DNA of 62,968 nt, the filler included, from Folioceros fuciformis (Eukaryota), in NCBI GenBank assembly GCA_049999805.1. It is 9 parts of 9 records of this genome, joined end to end, with 100 filler letters (N's around TTAATTAATTAA, not from the genome) between each part and the next. Parts side by side here need not be neighbours in the genome. Positions count along the whole stretch, not along the records: positions 32,620 to 40,178 come from JBNGIO010001976.1; positions 40,279 to 46,768 come from JBNGIO010001977.1; 7 more parts are not named here. One strand, 5' to 3'. Each line of letters opens with the position of its first letter. Position 1 is the stretch's first letter. Shown here piece after piece: positions 33,765 through 44,460 of this stretch. The notes under the pieces were generated by a model. That model was not told the DNA's origin. It did no database searches and saw only the letters and a program-made list of their open reading frames with translations. A program made the position numbers and the translations under genes.

Positions 33765-36700
33765 ATGGCTGGTGGGTTAACCGGTCGGCTGGAAAGGGCT
33801 TCGGCTCGTGTGGTGTCATGGAAGCAAGGGTTGGCGCTCCACCATGTCGGGGGCTGCAGCGAAATTGCAAGAAAGCCAACGCGTTCTGGAGGATGTCTGG
33901 TCTCAGACACCCGCCGGCGTTGCAGCCAGGGCCGTGGCCAGGAGCACTTGTCGCCAAGATTATCTCGAGACTCCAAGATTTGGTGGGATGAGAGGTAACA
34001 GGATCGAGGCGTCCCTTTGGCTGATGTGTGACAGGGGAGGTGATGGATATGTTTGAACTGGTCGCCAGACCGGATGCCTTCATGTCGCATGCCTTTCTGC
34101 GCATGCTAAGTGCGGGAATGGCAAACAGGCGATAGAACTCTAATCATCGGATGCGGAGGTCTGGTGTGAAGCCGGATGGCTATGTGTTTGTGGTAGCACT
34201 TCAGGCTTGTGCGAAGGGATTAGACTTGAAAGCTGGTCAGCAGGTGCATGCTGATGTGTTGGCCTGTAGGTTGGAGAATGATTTGTTTGTGGGTAACGCC
34301 CTGGTGAACATGTATGCTAAATGTGGCAGCTTGGAAGAGGGGCAAAGAGTATTTGATGGACTTGGTTGCAAAGATAGAGTGACGTGGAATGCTATGATAG
34401 CAGGATATTCCCAGCATGGCATGGGCCAGGAAGCCATTCGTCTGTACAGTGCCATGGAAGACGAATGCGATGCTGTTGCCGATGTGGTGACATTTGTGTC
34501 CCTCCTGCAGGCGTGTGCCAGTTTGGGCGCAACAGCATTGGAGAAGGGAAGGCATCTTCATGAGAAAGTCAGGGAACATGGACTAAAAGGCAATGTGTTT
34601 GTAGCCAACAGTTTGGTGAACATGTATGCAAAGTGTGGTAGCTTGAAGGATGCGCAAAGAGTGTTCGACGGGCTTCATTGCAAAGATGTGGTGACGTGGA
34701 ATGCTATGATAGCAGGATACGCCCAGCAGGGGAAGGGGCAGGAAGCCCTTGGTATCTACAGTGCTATGGAAGAAAATGGTGTGGCGGTACCTGATTGCAT
34801 GTGCAAGCATTGGCGCACTGGCGTTGGAGAAGGGGAAGGACCTTCATAGGCAGATTGTAGAACGTGGACAACAATCTGATGTGGTTGTAGCCCGCAGCTT
34901 GGTAAACATGTATGCCAAGTGTGGGGACTTGGAACAGGCTGAAAGAGTATTTGACGGACTAGCTCAAAGAAATGAGGTGACGTGGACTGCCATGATAGCA
35001 GGTTACTCCCAGCAGGGCATGGGACAGAAGGCCCTTAGTCTCTACAGTGCTATGTTAGAAGAGGGTATGAGTATGGGTGTCTCCAATTCCGTGACAACTG
35101 TGTGCCTCTTGCAGGCATGCGCTAGTATTGGCACCTCATTCTTGGAAAAGGGAATGCAACTTCATAGACTGGCTGTAGAACATGGACATCAAACTGATCA
35201 GTTTGTAGCCTGCAGCTTGGTAAACATGTATGCAAAAAAGTATGGCAGCTTGCATAATGCTCAGAGAGTGTTTGATGGACTCGGGCCAAAAAAATGAGGT
35301 GACGTGGACTTCTATGGTAGCAGGATATTCTCAGCAGGGCATGGGCCAGGAAGCCCTGCGTCTCTACAGTGCCATGCAAGAAGAAGGCCTGTCTTACCCC
35401 ACTGCCGTAACATTCGTGTGTCCTGCAGGCATGTGCAAGTGTGGGCACTCAGGCGTTGGAAAAGGGGAAGGAGCTTCACCTGCTTATTAAAGAAAGGACA
35501 TCAAGCTGATGTGGTTGTAGCAAACAGTTTGGTGAACATGTATGCAAAGTGTAGCATCTTTGAACATGCACAAAGAGTGTTTGATGGACTTGCACAGGAG
35601 AATGTCGTGACTTGGACTGCCCTGATAGCAGGATATTCCCAGCAGGGCCTGGGTCGCAAAGCTCTTGGTCTCTACAGCGTTATGCAAGAGGAAGGCGTGG
35701 CTGTACCTGATTCTGTGACATTCGTGTGCCTCCTGCAGGCGTGTGCAGTTGTGGGCCCTCCAGCACTAGATAAAGGGAAGCATCTCCATGCACAAATCCA
35801 AGGAGGAGGGCATGAAGCTGACATGTTTGTAGCAAACAGTTTGGTTAACATGTATGCAAAGTGTGGCAACTTGGAGTGTGCGCAACATGTGTTTGATGAT
35901 CTTGTTGAAAAAAACGTGGTGACGTGGAATGCCTTTATAGCAGGATACTCTCAGCATGACATGGGCCATGAAGCCCTTCGTATTCATAGTGGGATGGAAG
36001 ACGAAGGCATTGCTGTACCTGATTCTGTGACTTTTGTATGTCTCCTACAGGCTTGTGCCAGTGTGGGTTCCCAGGCTTTAGAGAAAGGGAGGCAGCTTCA
36101 TGCACAGATTAAAAAACAAGGTCATCAAGCTGACGAGTTTGTAGCTACCAGTTTGATGAACATGTACTCCAAATGTGGAAGCCTGAAGGATGCTAGGACT
36201 GTGTTTGATGGACTCAGTCATAAGAAGGTGATGACATGGAATGCCATAATAGCAGGATATTCCCAGCAGGGTAGGGGGCAGGAATCCCTCCGTCTCTACA
36301 GTGCTATGCAAGTGGAAGGCATATGTGAACCCAACTCTGTGACATTTGTCTGCCTCCTGCAGGCATGCGGCAATATGGCGGCTTTGAATATGGGAAGGCA
36401 GCTACATACACAGATAGTGGAACAAGGAATTCATATTGATGCGTTTGTTGCAGGCAGTTTGATTAACCTGTTTGGGAAGTCCGGGAGCACAGTTGATGCG
36501 CTGCAGGTGTTTGATGTGCTGCCCAAACGAGACATTTTTGTCTGGAATGCGCTGATTGGTGGCTACAGCTGTGCAGGAGCCAGTGAAGTAGTGTTTGACC
36601 TGCTAGTGGAGAAGGGCCGGGAGTACTTCGAGGCTATGAAGACACATTATGGCATCATTCCCATGGAGGATCACGACACATGCATGGTGGATCTCCTGGG

Positions 36701-37042
36701 CCGCACAGGAGAACTAAATGAGGCTCTAGATTTAGTATGGACGATGCCTGTCGTACCTAATATGGCAATTTGGCACACTCTGTTGGGAGCAACTTGGAGG
36801 TAGGACGCCATGCTTTCAATGAAGCGGTAAGGCTAGACAAGAACGATGCTGCAGCATATGTGCTGATGTCGAACATATACACCGATGCTCACATGTGGGA
36901 GGAAGCACAGAAGATGCATGCTAGGAGACTGAAACGCAGGATATCCAAGCAGCCTGGTCAGAGCTGGTGGACAGACATGGATGGATTAGTGCACAGCTTT
37001 TTGGTGGGGATCCCCAGACTGCAGCAAGGCCGAATAAGGTAA
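33765..37042 (+). pseudogene. Multiply frameshifted PLS-E PPR, WW-type, paralogue of 28176-30600
   Basis: Frames 34151, 34749, 35230, 35304 and 36770; partial deletions in P2/L2 and E1; ends KQPGQSWWTD..VHSFLVG. 5' limit approximate. Confidence 0.88.
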
Positions 37043-37498
37043 CTCATAGTCGTAAAGTCTGGAAAGCCCCAGATGAAGGGTTTGGTTTCAGGAGGCTATT
37101 GACAGGCAGAAGGGTTCCGTTTCAACATGACCATCGACCCGGCTAGTGCCTCCTACCCTATCAGGGTCATTGTTGCAGCCCATAGTGTATTTCCTGCATG
37201 GTAAGCAGAAGCATAACATTTTCATTTTCTCTGTCGTCCCGAGGCGCGGACCTTACCTTCCCTTTCCTAACAATGGAAGAGATAACAGAGGTTCACAAAC
37301 GGATGCAATCGAGGTAATTCCTGGTCTCCCTCAATATCGTCTGGTTATTGTAGCGGAAACTGCTGTACTAATTTGGATTTGTGTTTGCGTATAGGTAGCA
37401 ACCAAAGCTGTTGCACCAACTTTTGGTTTCATGGACAGGAGCCATTTTTTCACTTTTGAAGTCCTGGAGAAGCAGGATCTTCTTAGTCTCTTTTCTCT

Positions 37499-37531
37499 CC
37501 CTAAACCCTAAACCCTAAACCCTAAACCCTA
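37499..37531 (+). repeat. Interstitial plant telomeric array (CCCTAAA)4.7
   Basis: Four perfect CCCTAAA units plus CCCTA. Confidence 0.95.
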
Positions 37532-37551
37532 CGTGATACGCTCACGAGAGT

Positions 37552-37710
37552 GTATCACGTAGTTCTTCTCTTGTTTGGTTAACAAGGGCATCATGTAGTT
37601 CTTCTCTCATTTGGTTAACAAGCATATTATGTAGTTCTTCTCTCGTTTGGTTAACAAGCATATCAAGCAGTTCTACGAGCGTATCATGCAGTTCTTCTCT
37701 GCTTTGGCTA
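37552..37710. repeat. 36-bp tandem repeat, ~4 copies
   Basis: Core GTAGTTCTTCTCT..TTTGGTTAACAAG at 37559, 37595 and 37631. Confidence 0.85.
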
Positions 37711-37911
37711 TAGAAGAATTGGTGAAGCAATTTTGACAAGATGGCTTTTCAATTTTACAATATTGATCAACAATGTGAAAGAAGTGATAATTAAGAAAGT
37801 CCGTCATCTTCACATTTAGATTGACCAATGCCTCAGTTGAGTGATCCCCCTCATAATGCCCATGATCCCCTTTCTAAGTAGTGAATGGCTAGTGACCGTG
37901 AGGACTTGATC

Positions 37912-39342
37912 TCAAAGAAACAAATTTGGCATAGGTTGGAAACACACCCAATCATATTGTGCAATAGTGGTGGGAAGCTTTCGCCAGAAATGCTCAAGCA
38001 TATCGTAGGCAATAGCATAGTTCTTGTATACATCCTCGAAATGCACTCTCAAAAAGAAAACCACCAAGTCTCTAACAACTTGAACATGCGTAATTTCTAA
38101 ACTAAGTGATGATGTCTCCAAAGATGAAAGCATGTGAGATGGTAAGTTCTCCACAATTTTCATCCACCCACGCCTAGCATTATCTAGCATCCAAATACCA
38201 TCGCAGCACAACAAGAGCCTTCCTTGGTATTCTACCAATGAAGGTATTGTAGTTGATCTCAAAATACTTTGATTTCCTATAAAGTTATGAGGAAGTGGTA
38301 GACTCCATAAAAGCCATGGGTCCCCACTTTCCATGTTAAGTTGTGCCACACTACGGGGTCTCAAATCAACCACTGTATACAACCCTCCATTGTACGATAA
38401 AAATGAATTGAAAAATTTTGTGAATATTTCTTGGTCAATACGAAATGTCTTCCACATATCACTAATACTATTATAAATGGCATAAGAATCGTAAGGAGAT
38501 GAAGGTCCAGACCCAAGTGGCCTAGCATATCTCACAAAGACCTTGAAGCTGGGAATCCTTGTTGTTCCACTATTCGTTTCCATCAATAGGCTAAAATCAC
38601 TATAGGAGCCTCGAAGCTGAAGTAAAGGCAAAAGTTTAAAGCACCTGTTCAAGGGATTCACAATGCAGACATGCATTCCTCGAGCTACTTGATACAATAA
38701 GCACATAAACCCAGAATGTGAACATATTCTTGTAGTAATGGATGATATGTTATCACAAAACATATCTGGCAAAAAAGACAAATCCACTTTCAGAGCCCTG
38801 TGGACAATTGGATGCCTCATTCTTGAACTGTGATAATTCATTTGGTCATCACACGTTTTGTACCCAAACAAAAGGGTGCACAACTTAAGTGCTGTTGTAT
38901 GTGACTCCAAGGCTCGGAGAAAGCTGTAATGGGGAAATCTTGCATCTGTGACGACGGTATGCCAATCTTTGCAGACCGTTTGGTAGCGAGTTTGCAATTT
39001 AATAGGTAATCGTAGCAATACCTCTTCTACTATGTTATAGCACAATTTAGAATAATTTTGAATCAAATGACTTGATGTCATACTAGTAGCTGGAGGGCTT
39101 GAACTATTTTCACACCAGTCGTCATCAATAGTTAACAAATAAATCATGACATAAATATCATACTTATTGCATTGGACAGAAGGATTCGCCTTTATTAAGT
39201 GAGAAGTAGAATTTGTCTCGTTAGAGAGAGCATCTTCTTGGTATGAAGAAATTGTATCCGACTCATCACTACTAGCCGATCCATCAGTTTCCCCTTGACG
39301 TTCATCATCAAAGTCTAACATTCTATTGTCCATGTCATCCAT
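37912..39342 (-). CDS. F-box protein with a beta-rich (FBA/kelch-like) C-terminal region
   Basis: 476-aa intronless ORF; F-box IVEEVLLRLPIK..VCKDW; HSGFMCL, CIVNPLNR..LLP, IYNSISDMW. Confidence 0.82.
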   Translation of the reverse strand: MDDMDNRMLDFDDERQGETDGSASSDESDTISSYQEDALSNETNSTSHLIKANPSVQCNKYDIYVMIYLLTIDDDWCENSSSPPATSMTSSHLIQNYSKLCYNIVEEVLLRLPIKLQTRYQTVCKDWHTVVTDARFPHYSFLRALESHTTALKLCTLLFGYKTCDDQMNYHSSRMRHPIVHRALKVDLSFLPDMFCDNISSITTRICSHSGFMCLLYQVARGMHVCIVNPLNRCFKLLPLLQLRGSYSDFSLLMETNSGTTRIPSFKVFVRYARPLGSGPSSPYDSYAIYNSISDMWKTFRIDQEIFTKFFNSFLSYNGGLYTVVDLRPRSVAQLNMESGDPWLLWSLPLPHNFIGNQSILRSTTIPSLVEYQGRLLLCCDGIWMLDNARRGWMKIVENLPSHMLSSLETSSLSLEITHVQVVRDLVVFFLRVHFEDVYKNYAIAYDMLEHFWRKLPTTIAQYDWVCFQPMPNLFL

Positions 39343-40178
39343 CTTTTACCCCAATACAAAAGATACGCACAATGCAAGTAATAACATAGAGTACTTAGAT
39401 ATTCAAGATGTTCAACAACATGCTAAACACTACAAGCCTAGAAGAGAGCCCTATGTATAGACTAGGCAGACCATATTAATATTATAGTAGGCTATAGAAC
39501 TAATCTAAGAAAACCATATTAATATAGTAGTAAAATATAGACCTTAAATGTCTATAATGGTAAGACCTCTTTATATACACTAGGAAGACCATACTAATAC
39601 AATACTAGAACATAGAGCTCAAATGTCCATAATAGCCGATGTCCTTTATATAGACTTAGAAGATTATACTACTAATATAAAAATATTATACTATTAATAT
39701 AAGATTAATATATATATATTATACTACTACTATAATAATAGAATGTAGATCTCAAATACCTATAGGAGTAAATGTTGTTATAAATGATCATGTGCATAAT
39801 GACCACTTAGCCTAAGTTTAGAACGTAATATTTCTATCATATGTATGGATTATTTGGGAGACCTATTCTTGTGGTATTATTCCTATCATATGTGTCCATT
39901 ATTAGGGATTATGATTGTGATAAGTTTTTGTACAATTCTTGGTAAGTTTTGAAAAGTCCCCGACTATGGTTTCATGGATCAAGAATGCTAAGTACTTAGT
40001 ACCTGCTCTTGTTGTTGTTCTAAAAACTAATTTGGCAATGCTCCTTGTAAAGCAATGGATATGCATTGTTTATTTATTTATTTATCATTAGGCGTATGCA
40101 GCCATGAGGCTATGACGCCGGAACGTGAATCAAAAACATGATTGAATGGACACTTTGGGAAAGCGCAAAAGAAAGAGG

Positions 40179-40278
40179 NNNNNNNNNNNNNNNNNNNNNN
40201 NNNNNNNNNNNNNNNNNNNNNNTTAATTAATTAANNNNNNNNNNNNNNNNNNNNNNNNNNNNNNNNNNNNNNNNNNNN
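40179..40278. other. Artificial contig spacer
   Basis: N44-TTAATTAATTAA-N44. Confidence 0.98.
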
Positions 40279-40553
40279 ATATCTTTAATTAATATTAAAC
40301 TAATCACCCAACCCTATGGCCTGGTACCGAACCTAAACCTTCCCAGCTCTGGGACCAAACCTATACCCCCTCTTATAACCAAACCCACTATTTCCTGGTC
40401 AATTAACCCAATTAGCACAAAGAAAAATAGGAAAAATGACCAGAAAATAAAGGAAAATTAGGAAAAATAAGTTGAAACAGAAAACCAAACCATACCACTA
40501 TTAACCCTTTTTCAACCAAGACAAACTACTACCCCAAACTTTGGAGGTTCACA
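40279..40553 (-). repeat. Family-B Gypsy LTR 5' end inserted into Copia RT
   Basis: Starts TGTGAACCTCCAAAGTTTGGGG and is colinear with 26120-26364. Confidence 0.85.
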
Positions 40554-41902
40554 CACATAGAGTTCTCAAAGTTGCTAACTTAACGATAGGTGCATATGTT
40601 TTCAAATAATCAAGGCCTGGTACTTGTGAAAAACCACGTGCAACCAGTCTCGTCTTATTCCTGTCAAAGGTTCCATCAGCCTTTGTCTTCAATGTAAATA
40701 CCCATTTACAAGATACCAACTTCCTTTTAGGAGGTAAGGGTGCTAATTGCCAAGTCCCATAGTGGCCAATCAGGCCTTCTAATAGCTTCATCTAAACTTG
40801 AAGGCTCAAGAGAAAGAGAATGGGAGACAGAGGAGTTAGTAGGACGAAAATCAAGAGCACAATAATAGTCCGGAGCACGCCTATCCCGAGTAGGATATCG
40901 ATGAGGAGGATCTTGTGAAGGTTCCTCTATGGAATCATCATTTGGAGATGCATCGAGAGGTTCATCATCAGCGACAGGGGCAGAGGAGGGAAGTTGATTA
41001 TGTAAGTCTGAATCTAAATTATAAGGAGTAGATTCTAGAGTTACTTCCCCCCTTGCAGGATCAACTTCCAGATTCTACTCTAAGGGCTGATGGGGAGGGG
41101 TATCAAGAAGACGATAATGTTCCTCATCTTCATCATCAGCAGGAAGCTCAACAGCTCCCACTGAAGCCCAAGTTCAGCTCTCATCAAAGGTAACACTTCG
41201 AGAGTAAATTACTTTATTCTTTAAAACATCATATAGTTTATATGCTGTAATGCCTTCTGTATACCCTATCATAAGGAGTTTCTTTGCTTTATCTGAAAAC
41301 TTTTTCCGTTTTTCCTTAGGTATGAAAGCAATAGGCAATACAACCAAAAACCTGCAAGTGTTGAATTGAGGGCTTTCTTCCTGTAAAGGCCTCATAAGGG
41401 GTCATTCCAACGACTGAAGTTGAAGGCAAACGATTCTTAAGGTAAGTAGAAGTCATAAGAGCTTCAACCCAATAGGTGAGAGGTAATTGTGCATGATGTA
41501 GCAAAGAAGCTGTCATTTCTTGGAAAGCCAAGTTTAACCTCTCAGCCACTCCATTTTGTTGCAGAGTGTACACAACAGTGAACTGCCTTCCAATGCCTTC
41601 ATCAATACAAAATGATTGTAATTCCTTGGAGGTAAACTCCCCTTCCTTATCTGATATGAGAATTTTTAATTGAATCTGTGTCCATCTCTCAACATGTTTG
41701 AGATACTCTTTGAAGTAGTTGAAGCAATCACTTTTGTGCTTCAATATATGGTGACAAAACATGTCTTGTCATCAGTAAAGGTCAAGAAGTATTTACCACC
41801 TCCAAGTGACTCTTGGGAAAGAGGTCCACATATATCAGTATGTACAAGTTCAAGAACTTCAGAGGCACGATGTGGAGCCTTCTTCTTGAAAGCTATTACC
41901 TC
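40554..41902 (-). mobile_element. Decayed Copia integrase/RT fragment
   Basis: LELVHTDICGP, QQNGVAER, CKWVF..RLVARGFSQVPG. Confidence 0.9.
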
Positions 41903-44460
41903 TCGCGACTGTAGACGGAGGAGGTTGTGTAGGATCAAGAAGATGAGTTTCCCAATGAAACTTTGTTCGCGGCAGAGATAGAGGATGAAGCGGCCGTGCC
42001 TAACCAAAGACAATCTGAGAATGAGGGCGCGGCAGGAAATGAGAAGGGGAGGGTCGGCTTCATCAGACCCACCTACCAGGAAGTGTCTGAATTCTTGGAA
42101 ACAGGAGTCATTCCCGCTGACTTGTCAAGGCAGCAGGTGCAGATGTTTGTGCACTACGCAAGGCCATTGACTCGCAATGGGAGAGAGCTGTACCGAATGA
42201 GACCAGATGGGCGAGAGAGGCTCTGGGTGATAGGGGAGAAGGTTGAGCGGCCTGCAAGAAGATGTTGGAAACTGGCTACTGGTGGCCGACAATGTACAAG
42301 GCCATAGTGGAGTTCGTCAAGAATATGACACGTGCCAGAGAGTGGGCAAACCAACAGCGATGATGCAGTGGCCCTTAATCCCCATTCTACTAGCCTTAGC
42401 TCCATTTGAGAAATGGGGAATCGACTTCGTGGGACCTATCCAGCTAAAGACTAGGGTTAGGCAGAATCAATACATTCTGGTTGCAACGGATTACTGCACA
42501 AGGATGGTGGATACAGCCCAGGTGGATACAGCTCCGATGGTAGCTAAATTTTTGTTTGAGCAGGTGATTGTCCGTTACGGGTGCCTCTTGGAATTGGTCA
42601 GTGATCAGGGGACCCATTTTGTCAAAGAAGTTATCACTCACTTGGTGGAACACTTCAATGTGCAACACCGACGAACGACTCCCTACAATCCGAAGGCATT
42701 AATGGATTGACGAAGAAAGCGAATGGTCTCATGTGCCGAATCCTGAACAAGCTAATAGGGGAGTACGCCTACGACTATGATCTCAAATTATACTGGGCGC
42801 TATGGGCGTACAGGACAGCAGAGAGGATTACAACGCAGAGGACGCCCTACTACCTCACCTATGGGCATCATCCAGTGATGCCAGTGGAGTTTGAAGTTCC
42901 AACCCTGCGGGTTCATAGGGAGAAGCGAATGTCAGTAGAGGAAAGCCAACTGGAGCGCCTAGTTAGTTTCGTAAGGCACACTGAAAATAGGGAGCAGGCC
43001 TTGGAGGCTATGCAGGAGATGCAGGCTAAGCGGAAGGAATGGCACGATTGCAAGCTGAAGAAGCAAGAGTGGGTGGTACCTGGGGACTTGGCCTTACTGT
43101 ACGATAACAGGTACATGCATTTCCACGGGAAGCTGCATCTAAGGTGGATGGGGCCATACCAGTTAGTTGAAGTTTTTGCCAAAGGCTCCATACAGTTGCC
43201 GCAGTTGGATAGCCACCTCCTGCCAACCAGAGTCAATGGTTGGCGAGTGAAGAAATACTATGTCTAGGTTGGCGAAGACGCCAACAAATGAGAACGGGAG
43301 TATGCAGAGGAAAAAAACCCTAAAAGTATTCAGAAACCTCTTTCTCAGTGGCATGAGGCGTGAACTTTGTTTTTTTTGTGGGAAAATGTGAGGAAACCGG
43401 CTTAGTAAGGACTAGTGTGAGGATATTTGTACATAAAGTCTCCTTGGTCTATGGCGTTTTGGACAACCGGGGTAGCAGGGCTAGGTGTCGAGAATGAGCA
43501 GGTTGGTCCTTGGCCTTTGGTGGGCAGGGGGTATTGGGAAGTCTATATATGCACCCCCCCCCCCCTTGAAAATAAAGAAATAAGACAGGGACCTCGGGGT
43601 AGGTAGTTGTGGACTTAGGCTAGAAAAGGGGAATGTTGTGACTCAGCGACGGTGGTGGAAGCCGAACCACCGTCACGGAGAACCAAACTGCGGTAGTGCA
43701 ACTAACGGTAGTGGAGCCCCGACGATCTAATAGGGATAAAACCCTAAGGGTAAAATGTTAAGTGCCATTTTTGAACAGGGGCGCAATCGGGGTGAGCGAC
43801 CAAGGTGGACGAGCGGCGGGTGGAGCGCAACAGCGGGGCAGCTCAGGCAAGAGCGAAGACAACCGGCCAGGGACTCGGATAGCAGCAGCGGCCAAACTGC
43901 GGTGGACAGCTCCCCATGCCTAAGGAGAGATGGCGCGAGAAGAGGAAACTGCGCAACTCAAATCGGGAGAGGACACCCCGGTGCAGACCTCGGCACCCAA
44001 AGTCGAGATGGCCTTTTGGCCGAACATGAAGCACTGGCAAGCAAGGGCTGGGGGAATGGTGGAGGAGCTGGATCTAGGCTTCATGACCCAGCGTTGGAAC
44101 CATGCAGGTCCAGGCTTGGTGCAGGAGTGCGCCCAGCGATTGCGGAGCCCGTGCAGGGGAGAGGGGATCTGAGGAAACCCACAGGAGTGAAACCTGGACC
44201 TAGTAAGGAGAGTGTATGGGCGCAGCTTGGAAGAGGAAGGAGGACTTGTCCTTGAGACGCCGAAGAAAAGGAGCACGGCGGCCGCGGCGCAGGCGCTGTT
44301 CAAGCTAGGGACTGTGAGGGAAGCGAACGAGTGGCTGGCCAGGGATCTAGCGACTGCCCAGCTGATGGGGTTGGCGAGGTGGCTCCTCTACTTCCTGCAG
44401 ATCAGGAAGCAGGACTACATCTTTGACCAGTTGCTGTTAGAAATCAAGCTCTAACTGAAT
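41903..44460 (+). mobile_element. Family-A Gypsy 3' part: integrase (ends 43267), hairpin, PPT, LTR from 43303
   Basis: Closely similar to the reverse complement of 1044-2322 (RPTY.EV.EFLE.GVIP, PFEKWGIDFVGP, RVNGWRVKKYYV); PPT GAGAACGGGAGTA. Confidence 0.9.
43930..44454 (+). pseudogene. Accessory ORF downstream of the family-A PPT, cut by a Copia insertion
   Basis: One frame with two internal stops: FWPNMKHWQARAG..QRWNHAGPGLVQECA..VYGRSLEEEGGL..NEWLARDL. Confidence 0.7.

Noticed and set aside
43265-43291. Stop-codon readthrough signal (UAG plus hairpin) into an env-like ORF
   Set aside because: The readthrough frame stops after seven codons, and in family B the hairpin is offset from the stop.
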